From positions 124,001 to 188,000 of the forward strand of contig JAANOX010000238.1 of assembly GCA_020184695.1 (NCBI GenBank): a stretch of 64,000 nt of DNA. The letters run 5' to 3'. The notes beneath the pieces were generated by a model that worked only from the letters and a program-made list of their open reading frames with translations, did not search any database and was not told the DNA's origin. Positions 21,794 through 33,055 of this stretch are shown here, in pieces (the first letter of the stretch is position 1; each line of letters begins with the position of its first letter). The position numbers were made by a program, and so were the translations under genes. The DNA comes from Histomonas meleagridis 2922-C6/04-290x. Taxonomy: Eukaryota; Protista; Parabasalia.

Positions 21794-24178
21794 ATGGCGC
21801 AGCGTGCGATCAACGCTTTGATTCGGCCACCAAGAACAAATTATAATATAAAAGAATTATCACTATGCCTCACGGTTGAAGGAGGCGCTAATTTTCTACG
21901 TCATCCAGTCTCATTCACAAATAATAGAGGAATTAATTTAGTTGGATCAGTTTATCATGCAGCACAATTTTCTCCATTGAATGGAGGCCCTTGTGTTGTC
22001 TATCTCCATGGAAATGCTTCATCTCAACTTGAAGGTCAATTTTTAGTTCCTAATTTTTGCCCATATGGTGTATTTGTATTTTGTTTCGACTTCGCAGGAT
22101 GCGGATGTAGTGAAGGTGACTATGTTTCCCTTGGCTATTTTGAACAACAAGATACAAATTATCTTCTAAATGTTCTTCATCAAACATTTAATTTAGGCCC
22201 ATTTGTTCTCTGGGGAAGATCAATGGGGGCTTCTACAGCTCTTCTTGTACAAAATCCACTTGTTGTTGGAAAAATATCAGACTCATCATTTACTTCTGTT
22301 GATGATATGTGTACTGCCATTGCTTCTTCCATGAAGTTTCCAGCAGTATTTGTTTCTATGGCAATATGGTATCTTCGTAAGAAAGTTATATCTGTTGCCA
22401 ATTTCAATTTCGATGAAGTCTCACCATTAGTTGCTGTTAGCCATGGTCCACAAGCACCAGTTGTCTTTGGTCATGCTGAAAAAGATCAATTTATACCATA
22501 TGAACAATGTAAATTATTATACGAAAGTTACAATTCCAAGAACAAATACATTATGCAATTACCAGGAGGTCACAATAGCCGACGTAAGATTGATTGGATT
22601 ACCTTAGGAGTTATTTTTGCTTTTGATCAACTTGGGCTTCCATCAGATAATCTCAAAATTTCTGATTGCCGCAAACTCCAACAAACAACATTCCACTTCT
22701 CATCATTTAATGCTATGGTTCAGCACTCTCCAGACGTCGGCGACAACAAAATCATCGAACAATATGAGAGTGAAGTTCACTCGTCACAAAGCGATTCAAA
22801 AACTAACACAACCGCCACGCCCACCCTGGGTGCAGCCCCAGCGCCAAATATGTCACGTCAACACTCTCACGTACGTAGAAGGAGTCATGCAAGATCAATG
22901 AAATATAATACATCATCTGGTGGCGAACAAAGTCTTGATGAATCGAAAAGAAAGAAAAGAAGACATCATTCGAAAGTATCACTTATTGACTTACATCCAC
23001 CAAATATCCAAGAAATCAATGGAGAAAAGAAAGAAAATAATGAAAAAGAAGAAGAAGAAAAAAAGCAACTCGAAAGCTTAACTCCTTTGTCGCCTCTATC
23101 TGAGAACAGTCCCAAAGTTGAACTTTCTGAAATGCCTCATAATGAAGAATTAACGCCACAACAACAATTAGAATTACAGCAAATGAAAGAGAATGAAGCC
23201 ATACTTCAATCAATGAATGATCAACAAAATAAAGAAACACAACAAACAGTTGAAAATGATAAAGAACAATTACAGCAAACTAAACCGAATGAAGAAGCAC
23301 TTGGTGATAATCAGCAAGCAGTGCACAATGAGGAAGAAACAAAACAAAACTCAAATGGTGACGAACAAATTAAATCTAATGAAGAAACAAAGCAAATTCC
23401 AAATGATGAAGACAATAATGCGAATCATCAAATAGAGCCTAATGAAGAACCGAAACAAGTACAAAATGATAATGAGCAAAGCAAACCTGATGAAGACAAT
23501 GCGAATCATCAAATTAAATCTAATGAAGAAACTAAACAAGTACAAAATGATAATGAACAAAACAAATCTGATGAAGAAAGTAATACAAGTCACCAGTCAG
23601 TACCTACTGAAGAACCGAAGCAATTGCCAAATGACAATGAGCAAAGCAAACCTGATGAAGACAATGCAAATCTTCAATCAGTTACTACTGAAACTAACCA
23701 ATTACCAAATGATAATGAGCAAGATGCACCTAATGAAGATAATGCAAGTCATCAAATAGAACTAAAAGAAGAACCGAAACAATTACCAAATGACAATGAG
23801 CAAGATGCACCAATTGAAGACGTTGCAAATCTTCAATCAGTTACTACTGAAACTAAGCAATTACCGAATGACAATGAGCACGATGCAACTGATGAAGCTC
23901 CTCCGTGCCATCACCCGCTGCCGCCTCTCCCAAAGAAGCCAACGATTTCGTCGGTGGGCAACCACGTGCCTGTGCCGCCGATGCCGTCGTACAGCAGCGC
24001 GAGCCAATCGCTGCATAGGTCGCGCTCGCATCCGCGCCAAACGCTGCCGCCGATGCCTCCTGCGGCAATTCGCTCGCCAGCGTCTGAGGATCCATTTTTG
24101 GGGTGCAAAGAGGTGCCGAAACTAATGCCAGTGCAAATTCCGCTCAACCGAATATACATGTCATCTGACGACAAATGA
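21794..24178 (+). CDS. Alpha/beta hydrolase (peptidase S9/ABHD-like) with long acidic repetitive C-terminus
   Basis: YLHGNAS, FDFAGCGCSEG, WGRSMG nucleophile elbow, DQFIP and GGHN; ~26-aa QLPNDNEQ repeats. Confidence 0.88.
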   Translation: MAQRAINALIRPPRTNYNIKELSLCLTVEGGANFLRHPVSFTNNRGINLVGSVYHAAQFSPLNGGPCVVYLHGNASSQLEGQFLVPNFCPYGVFVFCFDFAGCGCSEGDYVSLGYFEQQDTNYLLNVLHQTFNLGPFVLWGRSMGASTALLVQNPLVVGKISDSSFTSVDDMCTAIASSMKFPAVFVSMAIWYLRKKVISVANFNFDEVSPLVAVSHGPQAPVVFGHAEKDQFIPYEQCKLLYESYNSKNKYIMQLPGGHNSRRKIDWITLGVIFAFDQLGLPSDNLKISDCRKLQQTTFHFSSFNAMVQHSPDVGDNKIIEQYESEVHSSQSDSKTNTTATPTLGAAPAPNMSRQHSHVRRRSHARSMKYNTSSGGEQSLDESKRKKRRHHSKVSLIDLHPPNIQEINGEKKENNEKEEEEKKQLESLTPLSPLSENSPKVELSEMPHNEELTPQQQLELQQMKENEAILQSMNDQQNKETQQTVENDKEQLQQTKPNEEALGDNQQAVHNEEETKQNSNGDEQIKSNEETKQIPNDEDNNANHQIEPNEEPKQVQNDNEQSKPDEDNANHQIKSNEETKQVQNDNEQNKSDEESNTSHQSVPTEEPKQLPNDNEQSKPDEDNANLQSVTTETNQLPNDNEQDAPNEDNASHQIELKEEPKQLPNDNEQDAPIEDVANLQSVTTETKQLPNDNEHDATDEAPPCHHPLPPLPKKPTISSVGNHVPVPPMPSYSSASQSLHRSRSHPRQTLPPMPPAAIRSPASEDPFLGCKEVPKLMPVQIPLNRIYMSSDDK

Positions 24179-25166
24179 AAATTAGAAATTTGTATGTAAA
24201 AGTTTATGTTTTAGGTGAAATTCTTGTGTTGATACAATTTGCATTCGGAACGTAACTGATGTTTGACATGCGATTACACATTGTGGTAATGATACACCGC
24301 GTGCAATTCATTTAAGCTGGAAACATGTGTACAAATAGAGGTGCTTCATCTCCCAAAAAACAGATTTTTTTTCTTCTTTTTTCATTCCATGAATTATACA
24401 ATAATTTATATTTTAAATCAAAAAATTTTAACTCATGAAATATAATTTTTAATCGATTATTCTTTATTTTTTGGGTAACAAAATCTCATGAGATTTCCGC
24501 ATTAACTTTGATAGCAAGCATTCAATAATTGGAAAAAAATTTAAACATTTTTTTATACCACAATCGAAATAATTTTTACTGCCAAAACTAAGTGAGGGCA
24601 CTATGTTAACCATTGTTTCAGTTATGTAGATGATGTTTTCCAAGATGAGTATCAAAATAATTTCAAATAAACTCAGATTCTTTCCAAGATGTTTGTGTTT
24701 GTTTAAGCTCACTTACTAATTAGTTGAAAAATTTTCAAAATAATTCATAAGAACAAAACAAAAATAATATAATAAATTATTTAACAAAAACATTATTGAA
24801 GTTGAATCATTCAATCGCGAAACTATCACAAATGATAGCCAATGATAACTTTTCATTCATTTCTTCATGTGATTTATATTCGTTTCGATTGAGCTAAAAC
24901 AAATATTTCACATATTAAACATAAGAAGATATTAATATTTATGGTAAGATTGGAACATATGGCGAACTTTAATAACTTTTGTATTACATCGAAGAACATT
25001 TTCTTTAAGTTTTCTGATTCACATTTTGTATTATGTTTCCAATCTTCGATATTAATTCTCCAGCAATAAATTCATTTGCATTACACATTAAACATTCTGC
25101 TTTTAATATTATACAATGAAAACCATTTAAAAAGTTTTCGAGTTGTTGTTTAACATTTTTAATAAA

Positions 25167-27308
25167 TTACATTTGTCTATTTTTTAAATAGTTTACATTT
25201 TGGGGGTCCCCCAAAAGTATTTGTTTGTCTTGTAAAGAGTTAATGATCACGTCCAAAGCCATATATAATTCTTTTGGTTGTTGGAAATCCTTTTGGAACA
25301 TTGACATAATTTTGATAATGCATAGTCCAATGTTTTGTAAGTCACCATCTATTTCACCGCTATAACTCCTCAAATATAACACCAAATTATTAAAGAAACA
25401 TTGCAAGTTTTGGAAGTCGATAATTTCCTTATTTGCGAATCTTAATGCATAATACATACAATACGAAGCGTTACCCAACTCTTGTAAGGTTAACAAGTCC
25501 GGTGTTAATATTGCGTCGATAATTTGGTTTGAAATTTTAGCGAATTCTTCGACATTTAATTGAGATAAATCAGCAACGAACACCAAAATGGACAATTTTA
25601 ATGAAGAATCAGAAGATATTAAAATCTTTGGAATGATTGGTAATATCAATGATATCATTTGATTATTTGGTGATTTCCTTAAAATTTCATCTATGATATT
25701 TATTGAATAAGATATTAATGATTCATCTTCATTAAATAATAAAACAATTCGATTAATGAATTGATCATTAATATTTGTTTCCATTTTTGTAGCACAAGCG
25801 GAAATTACTTTTAATGACATTATTGCATTTTGTTTATTATCAGATACTAAAAAATTATTATAATGGAATTGATAAAACTCAATAAAGTTTGGACATTCAT
25901 TAAATGATTCACAAAAATATAAAAACCAAAATATAAAATCAGAGATCTCTTCGATCTCTAATTCATTTGCTATTTGCATTGATCCTTTTATCAACTCAAT
26001 ATATATTGGCTTACATTGATAACTTAATTGGGTGAAACAATTCAAAAGTATTTTTCGAATTTGTGTTCGAATTTCAATGTCATTAATACATATAAATGGA
26101 AATATATCATCAATAACAGTAACGACATTCATAATGTTTTGGTTATGGATCAAGTTAAAAAACGAATTTATCGATTCGATGATTTGGAATGGCTCTTTTA
26201 AAGTTTTCATTGAGTTAATCACAAAGGTATAACAATGTACAAATTGTTCTGGATTTAATGATAATGAAATCGATGATATTATACGAAATGCTAAAGATGG
26301 ATCTTGTTCAATTCGTGAATATAAATATGGTACAACTTCATTGGGATAATTCTTACATAAACATTGCAATGATGTAATGCATTGTTGTGAAATACCATAA
26401 ATATTAATGTCATAATCAGAAGCTAATCGACTATAAAGTGCATCCACAACAGATTTAAGAGCTTCAGTTGAGCCTTGGAAATTAATGTCATTCTCAAAGA
26501 TAAACGCTGCAGAGGTTGAAATGATTTCGTTGTCGAATTTGATGAATTCAATGATAAAATTTAAGATCGAAAGAATTAACGTCGAATCATATGTCTCACT
26601 GGTATGCAAAAATGTGGATATTAAGTCAAGGATTTGAGATATGAATAAATTCGCTGATAATTCGTCAAGTTGTTTGAGGTTTTGTAATGATGGATATATG
26701 AAATTGGTAAAAAGAGGGCCTTGAAATAAGGCTAAATGTTGGAAATTAGATAAGATACGAAAGATTGTGGGATATAAATCAGGATGTTGTGAAAAAATGA
26801 CAGAGCAAAATTGAAATGCTTCAGATTCAAAAGCTGGATTTCCTAGTTCCATCTCACTAATAATCTCTAATTGGGTCCGTGGATCTTGAATTTGTTGGAA
26901 AATTTCATTAAGATTAAAATTTGTAAGTTGAAAAACAGTGATGCACTTGGCTAAAAGAGCAGCAAGTGATGGAACAAAATCAGGTCTTTCAGTATTCATA
27001 ATTTCAAATATGATTTTAATTGTGGAATCTATAAAAAAATTGGGATATCTACCATTAGCATTTAAATTATGCCGTATTAAATTACACGAAATACAACGAA
27101 TTTGTGGTGGATAATTTTTGTTATAAAGAACATAAAGTAAATATACGCAAAAATCTTTGGATTCTGAGAGATTTTGAAAAAAATGAAAACATTGTTGTTG
27201 AATGTTTCCATCCATTGAATTATAATTTAACAAATAGAATTGTATTTGTTCTAATAGATTTTGATCAAAATTAAATCCCGGAAAATATTCATTTTGTGGA
27301 AAATTCAT
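25167..27308 (-). CDS. Karyopherin-beta/transportin-like HEAT-repeat protein
   Basis: N-terminal IBN_N-like helices (QQCFHFFQNL...IRCISCNLIRHNL); all-helical, 713 aa. Confidence 0.6.
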   Translation of the reverse strand: MNFPQNEYFPGFNFDQNLLEQIQFYLLNYNSMDGNIQQQCFHFFQNLSESKDFCVYLLYVLYNKNYPPQIRCISCNLIRHNLNANGRYPNFFIDSTIKIIFEIMNTERPDFVPSLAALLAKCITVFQLTNFNLNEIFQQIQDPRTQLEIISEMELGNPAFESEAFQFCSVIFSQHPDLYPTIFRILSNFQHLALFQGPLFTNFIYPSLQNLKQLDELSANLFISQILDLISTFLHTSETYDSTLILSILNFIIEFIKFDNEIISTSAAFIFENDINFQGSTEALKSVVDALYSRLASDYDINIYGISQQCITSLQCLCKNYPNEVVPYLYSRIEQDPSLAFRIISSISLSLNPEQFVHCYTFVINSMKTLKEPFQIIESINSFFNLIHNQNIMNVVTVIDDIFPFICINDIEIRTQIRKILLNCFTQLSYQCKPIYIELIKGSMQIANELEIEEISDFIFWFLYFCESFNECPNFIEFYQFHYNNFLVSDNKQNAIMSLKVISACATKMETNINDQFINRIVLLFNEDESLISYSINIIDEILRKSPNNQMISLILPIIPKILISSDSSLKLSILVFVADLSQLNVEEFAKISNQIIDAILTPDLLTLQELGNASYCMYYALRFANKEIIDFQNLQCFFNNLVLYLRSYSGEIDGDLQNIGLCIIKIMSMFQKDFQQPKELYMALDVIINSLQDKQILLGDPQNVNYLKNRQM

Positions 27309-27438
27309 TTATTTTGGTCTTGAAATTGAACAAACTTTGTTAAATTCTCATTTCAAATTTTTGTACAACAGGGTGCCCCGAAAGTCACCCGTTTAAATAA
27401 TTATAATTTCATGTCGGAATCTGCGCTCTACAAAACCA

Positions 27439-28147
27439 ATGTCTTTAACAAACATGGCATGTCAAGTTTTTTCAATAATAAAAACGAGCTGTCAAACAAC
27501 ATTTGATAAAGTTGCAGATGAAATCTTTGAAATAATTGGTAAAAATTCTAGTGATTCTACAAATGATCAGAGAACTCTTAGGAGAAGGGTATATGATGTT
27601 TTAAATGTACTTTATGCTGCTGGCTTTGTCGAAAAAGATAAAAAAAAAAATTTCTTTTCAAACTCCGACTTTTGATTTAAGCTCAATTTTCCCTGAACAA
27701 CAAAGCGATATTGTTGATAGGGTTGCACAAAAAGAACAAGCACTAATTGATAAAACTAAAATATTAATTTACCATAAATTATTAATTGAAAGAAACAGAA
27801 AATTGCCAAGGCCATCAACAGCAATTCAATTACCGTCCATATTTGTTGGGTTTAGGGATGTTGGTAATGGACAAATTCAAAGAGCATTAAATGGACGTGA
27901 ATTAGAAATTATTGCACAATCTCCTCCTTTATTTTTCTCCCCTATGAATGTATTTGATAGCATTAATTTTAGTTATGATTTGAAAGTTGAATGTTTAAGA
28001 AAAATCCGAAATTTAGCTTCTTTAGAATCAATAGTTTTTTCCAAAAACAAAGATTTTTTGCAACCTATCCAGGAATACAGTAATATTCATCCAGTAATAT
28101 CATTTGATTCTCCTAAAGAAAAAGAAGAAGATGAAAAAAATAAATAA
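27439..28147 (+). CDS. E2F/DP-family (DP-like) transcription factor split by a +1 frameshift in an A11 run
   Basis: TFDKVADEI and RRRVYDVLNVL winged-helix signature; removing one A from 27640-27650 fuses ORFs 27439-27675 and 27605-28147. Confidence 0.8.
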
Positions 28148-28409
28148 GTAAATGTTTGTATGTTTTACATCGACCGTTAAGCATTATAACGTTCTTTTTT
28201 AAATGGATATATGGTCACTTCCCATAACGATATTTCACAAAAAGTTGAGCAAGTAAACTCATCAAAAGGTTGTTATTTTAACACATCTTATACACGAAAT
28301 CACATCCCCTTCTGAAGAAAACGCGCGTCGAATTCTTTTTCTCTTTTTGAATGATGTGACATTTTCCTTTTGAGTTGCATTTATCAGTGTTCGCTGTTCC
28401 TAATTCTAC

Positions 28410-28700
28410 TGCCATCACAAAGCTTTAACCCATCTGAAGACTTGTTCACCTTCATAGTGATAAAAATTGGGAAATGCACGTTCGTGCCGTGAAAGATGGC
28501 GTGCGTTCTTAAGTCCTAATCTTGTGAATTGTCCATGGTCACATGAAGAAGATCAACATCTCTAAAAAATGGTTAAGGAATATAACAAAAGTGGAAGCGT
28601 ATATCACAAGAGTTTAATGATGCGGCATTTACGCCGAATGGTTCAAGGACCTGCACCTAATGTTGCTGATGCTGAAACTATCACATTTGTGATGACATAA
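28410..28700 (+). pseudogene. R2R3-Myb pseudogene
   Basis: Manual translation gives FNPSED, KNW and RSCRERWRAFLSPNLVNCPWSHEEDQHL*KMVKEY, with a frameshift/deletion and a TAA at 28563. Confidence 0.7.
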
Positions 28701-28738
28701 ACGCTTAATTTCTTAACTTTACATTTCAGCCGTTTATT

Positions 28739-30232
28739 TTAGTTGTTTTGTTTTGCTTGTTGTTCTTGGAAATTTAATACATCATATAAAGTTGGCACAG
28801 TAAATGAATTTTGAGTTGGATCGAAAGAGAAGGAGCTTTCAGTCACCATTACAAACCTTACAATGCATGCAGATTCATCTTTCAATGTATATAATGATCC
28901 ATGATCACTTAAAGATGCATTAGGCACTACTTCACACAAAGCTATCATTGTTAAATTCTTTGGGAGCTCACTTGCGATGTACTTATTACTCATTTTTGAT
29001 GAATAATCAAATGACATACTAGAATTCTTTGCAAAATATATTCCTTCGCCATAAGCAGTGCCATGTATTACACCGCCAGGTACTTTTGACATGTTTTTAA
29101 GCCCATTTCTAACAATAGAATGCCATCTATCAGCACCACTTCCATGCCACATATAAAGACTTCTTCCATGATTTTTTTTCTTCTTTTTTTGAAATATATC
29201 TTCTGCAAATTGATCTGAGATCAATGTCATAAATTGGAAATTTGTTGGAATATTATGGTTTTGTTGTTTAACTTGTAATGATGAAGGTAATGTAATAATA
29301 TGGGACTTATTAGACAACAAAAGCCATCGTAAAAAATCTAAAGTATCTTTTCCAAATTGTCGGGTGATGTCGGCGTCTGTTAAGCAGCTTGATGCGATTT
29401 GGCGCATTGAAGGTAATTGGCTCAAAAGATTTTTCCCAACATTAAATAGGTTGAGAGGTGGTGATGGGTTACAATAACCACTTTTAAGAGATGTCCCAAA
29501 TATGGTAAAAAGAAAATCTGCTGCAAGTGGATCACGTCGGATTTCTTGGGCAACTGATGTACCAACACCGATCTCTTGGAATGCAACAGAACATAAACGT
29601 GATTCACATATAGAAGGTTTAATCCCAGAGTTTGGTAATCGTTTTCTACAAATGCAACAATGATTATTAAGATCTAAAAAAGCTTCAACAATTTCATAGA
29701 TAAGATAGAGAAGATGACAATTATTGAGGTCAATAAGTTGGGTAGTTATGGGCTTACAACGATTGTTGAAATTATTTGAATTCGAAATTTCAGAAAAAAC
29801 ATAGGAAATAGAAGAGTAAGTGGGCTTGGGCTTATAAGAGGGAGAAAAGAAATTGCGAATGGCTGCTTCAACTAATGGTCTCCCAATATAATTGCGTTTA
29901 TATAAAGGATGAGATACATCAAGTTTTTCAATACCTGAATGCCAGTTATAGCCTGAAATGATAACATTGATTTCTAAAAGTATTTTGGAAAAATGAAATC
30001 CTCCGATCATTTGTATGGATGGAGGTAATACTGAACTAGGAATTGCAATGTAAATGTTACTGCCTGTAGCTTTAATTGTGTATGTTTTGAAAAAGGAAGA
30101 GAATATTTTTATATTATAATTTATTTGAGAAAAATCTGGGATGACAAATCCGATGTCATTTGATGAATCAATTTTCATATCAAAGTCTTCATCATCCCCA
30201 ATAATGATTTCTTCCTCATCAGAAAATTCCAT
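28739..30232 (-). CDS. PARP-family ADP-ribosyltransferase (PARP6/8-like, probably mono-ART)
   Basis: WHGS...WHSIVRNGL and AYGEGIYFA motifs; Cys/His cluster HCCICR...C.S.LC; the catalytic Glu position appears to be Leu. Confidence 0.85.
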   Translation of the reverse strand: MEFSDEEEIIIGDDEDFDMKIDSSNDIGFVIPDFSQINYNIKIFSSFFKTYTIKATGSNIYIAIPSSVLPPSIQMIGGFHFSKILLEINVIISGYNWHSGIEKLDVSHPLYKRNYIGRPLVEAAIRNFFSPSYKPKPTYSSISYVFSEISNSNNFNNRCKPITTQLIDLNNCHLLYLIYEIVEAFLDLNNHCCICRKRLPNSGIKPSICESRLCSVAFQEIGVGTSVAQEIRRDPLAADFLFTIFGTSLKSGYCNPSPPLNLFNVGKNLLSQLPSMRQIASSCLTDADITRQFGKDTLDFLRWLLLSNKSHIITLPSSLQVKQQNHNIPTNFQFMTLISDQFAEDIFQKKKKKNHGRSLYMWHGSGADRWHSIVRNGLKNMSKVPGGVIHGTAYGEGIYFAKNSSMSFDYSSKMSNKYIASELPKNLTMIALCEVVPNASLSDHGSLYTLKDESACIVRFVMVTESSFSFDPTQNSFTVPTLYDVLNFQEQQAKQNN

Positions 30233-30510
30233 AAAAATGAAGTGGCAAAATTTCCACCCAAAAATTAAACAAAGGTTTGTATACTTTACGTCATTATAAA
30301 AAATAAACGTTCATTATTATATCGACATCTTAAATGAAAAGATTTTTTAATATCAATTAAATCCAAATGTTTTAATATTAATGATCATTATAAACAAAAA
30401 TCTGTAAGAAGTTTTGAAAATTACTACAAAATACATCGTAAATAGAATTTAGCAATATTTGATTTTTAATGAAAAAGATAACAGAAAACCAATGCCTTTT
30501 TTTAGTTATT

Positions 30511-31053
30511 TTAGTTGGCCATTTCCTTGTCCATGAACTTACGAGGAGCAAAGCAGATCCACCATTTATCGGCTGTTCCATCCTTGAAAACGATATCAAG
30601 AAGACGACTAGCCGTTTCGTTACGAACAGTCTTGAAGAATGCAAGAAGATCTGCTTTTTCAGCATTGCTCTTTGGCGATGTAACAAGGGATGCCAATATA
30701 AATCCACCTTCACCTGGAATTGGGAATGCATTCATACTCCATGATTGAATTTCTTTTTGGCACTTTGCCTTATCCTTTGGATTCTTTGCGAAGAATTTGA
30801 GACATTTCATTGCAAAGAATGTAATGTAAATAAGAAGACGGTCAGCGTCATTCTTGATCTTAAAATCACGCATGAAAATGTTTGTACGGAAGTGATAAAG
30901 TGCTTCGTCAACAATGTCAAATGCAGGCGTTGTTTGTCTCTTAGAAGTGTCGCGAATCGGAAGTATTGGAATACCAGCAATTACTGGTGCACCTGTGTTA
31001 ATAAAAACAGAATTCTTTGAGTCTGCAGCTGGCTCAGTTGGAAGTTTGGACAT
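30511..31053 (-). CDS. ARPC3: Arp2/3 complex subunit 3 (p21-Arc)
   Basis: DIVDEALYHFRTNIF, ADRLLIYIT, FPIPGEGGF and KWWICF...FM motifs. Confidence 0.93.
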   Translation of the reverse strand: MSKLPTEPAADSKNSVFINTGAPVIAGIPILPIRDTSKRQTTPAFDIVDEALYHFRTNIFMRDFKIKNDADRLLIYITFFAMKCLKFFAKNPKDKAKCQKEIQSWSMNAFPIPGEGGFILASLVTSPKSNAEKADLLAFFKTVRNETASRLLDIVFKDGTADKWWICFAPRKFMDKEMAN

Positions 31054-31317
31054 AGAATGCCACTTTTTACCTTTTGAATCAAATTTTATTTCCTGTCAAA
31101 TCCAAATATGTCCGCAAACGTTCACCGGATGAAAAACTATGATCAAAAAGAATCATATTTAAAACTGTAAAACAATGAAAACAAACAAAATAGTTTCAGG
31201 TTGTGAGTTATTAACATAAGGAAATTGGTATAAACTTGATTTTCCTCAAAAAGAATGAAAACGGTTATTAGGGTGGCCTGAAATTTGTAGGCACTGTACG
31301 TTAAGCAACAACCATTG

Positions 31318-32601
31318 ATGACAAGCAAAAAAATCACGCTATCCTCACTTAGAAGCCAACATCAACTATGTAAAGCCAAATTTCAATACAAAGAAGTAAA
31401 ATCTTCAGAAGAAAAATTATTAGAGAGCATTTCTGCCAAGCAAAATATAATTCTAAATCTTGAAAAATCTATCAAAGAAAAGCAAAAAATACTATCTGAC
31501 CTTCTTATAAATGTAGGACAAGCTGAAGCTGCATGTAAATCAGCCGAAGAAAAACGAATTGCAGCTGAATTACGAACATTTGAACTTACACGTGAAGCCG
31601 AAGAAGCTTTGTCGTGCAAAAACTTAATTCTTAGTGATATTAAAGAAGCCAATGAGGACCTTGCAAAAATTGAGGAGAAAATCGAAAAAGCAAACGAAAC
31701 ATATATGACGGTTACCGATAGCTTAACCGAAACCGAAACTTTGCGAAATGAAATTATTCGACAAATATCAGATGAAAAGTCAAAACTTCAAGTTCTTATA
31801 GATGAAACAACTAAGCATCAACATGAGCTCCAAGGTTACAAAGCACAAATTGATGAATCTATTCAATCATTAAAAGAAATCAAAGAACAATTTGTACAAA
31901 AACAAAGTGATCTTAAACACATCAATGAAGAAATCTGTGAAATGGAAGCCAAAAAAGAACAGCTCTCACAACAATACAAATCACTTCAAGAATCACATTC
32001 TACGGTGATGAAAGAACTTTCTGAGGCTAAAGAGCGGCAAAGTCAAATCATTATTGAGATTGGTAAAGCCCAAATGCAACATGCCTCAGTTCTTGATGAG
32101 ATTGCAGTTGAAGATAAGCGGAAGAAAGAACTTTCAAATCAAATCACCAAGTTTGAGCACACCTACAATGAGCTAATATTCAAGATTTCCAAAGCCAAGA
32201 AGGAACTTGGTGATGCCAATGCTAATTTATCAGTTCAACAACGAATCCAATCCGAAACCGAAGTTGAAATCATCGAATCCAAGAAGAAGCTCACCAAGCT
32301 TGCCGAGGAAGTCAATTCGATGCGTAAGCAGTACATTTCGTTCCTTGACAAAATTGCAGATGCTCATAAGATGCACAATGAAATCATCGAGGAAATGGTC
32401 GGCACGGCCGAAACGCATGACGAGGTGATACAGCAGCTGAACAGGGCCAAGAGGGCGCGCGCGCAGATGACTCCGGTGTCAATAACGAAGAAGTTAAGCT
32501 TCAGTTCACCAGTGACGGACATTGTGACGAAGCATTGCCCGCTGACGCCTGTGCTGAAGAGGTGCGAAGACTGCGCTGGGCGAGCTAATGTTGTGATGTA
32601 A
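31318..32601 (+). CDS. Coiled-coil protein (~427 aa)
   Basis: Long heptad-rich ORF. Confidence 0.8.
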   Translation: MTSKKITLSSLRSQHQLCKAKFQYKEVKSSEEKLLESISAKQNIILNLEKSIKEKQKILSDLLINVGQAEAACKSAEEKRIAAELRTFELTREAEEALSCKNLILSDIKEANEDLAKIEEKIEKANETYMTVTDSLTETETLRNEIIRQISDEKSKLQVLIDETTKHQHELQGYKAQIDESIQSLKEIKEQFVQKQSDLKHINEEICEMEAKKEQLSQQYKSLQESHSTVMKELSEAKERQSQIIIEIGKAQMQHASVLDEIAVEDKRKKELSNQITKFEHTYNELIFKISKAKKELGDANANLSVQQRIQSETEVEIIESKKKLTKLAEEVNSMRKQYISFLDKIADAHKMHNEIIEEMVGTAETHDEVIQQLNRAKRARAQMTPVSITKKLSFSSPVTDIVTKHCPLTPVLKRCEDCAGRANVVM

Positions 32602-33055
32602 TTTGGTCCCTTATTTCTCTAAAAATAAATATAAATAAATGAAAATATGTTAATTTTTATTATAATTGAAAGAAAATATTTTGGTAAAATTGCATATTTA
32701 CCTGCGTTTAAAACATATGCGTTATTTAACAATTGAAAATATACTGCTTAATCAATTAAATTGAACATCTTTCATAAAGTTGTATTTAAAATCGTTTTGC
32801 GATGTGATTTCTTGATGTTTTTTGATTTCATCATTTCGAATTATTTTTAGTATTTTAGTTGGATTAACTTCTTCTTTAATTAATCGCTGATGAAGTATGA
32901 AAGGTCATCAATATTTGTCATCTTCATTCATAACAAAATTATCTAATATTTGATTAACATTTTCTGCTTGATATTCATTTGGATCACATTCATTAATTTC
33001 ATTTGAATTTTGTTTTATTCTTTTGTTCTTGCGTACAATAAAAACGTTTATTTTA

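Noticed and set aside
24240-24350. Locally GC-richer intergenic patch as a possible ncRNA
   Set aside because: No recognisable tRNA, snRNA or snoRNA boxes and no convincing stem
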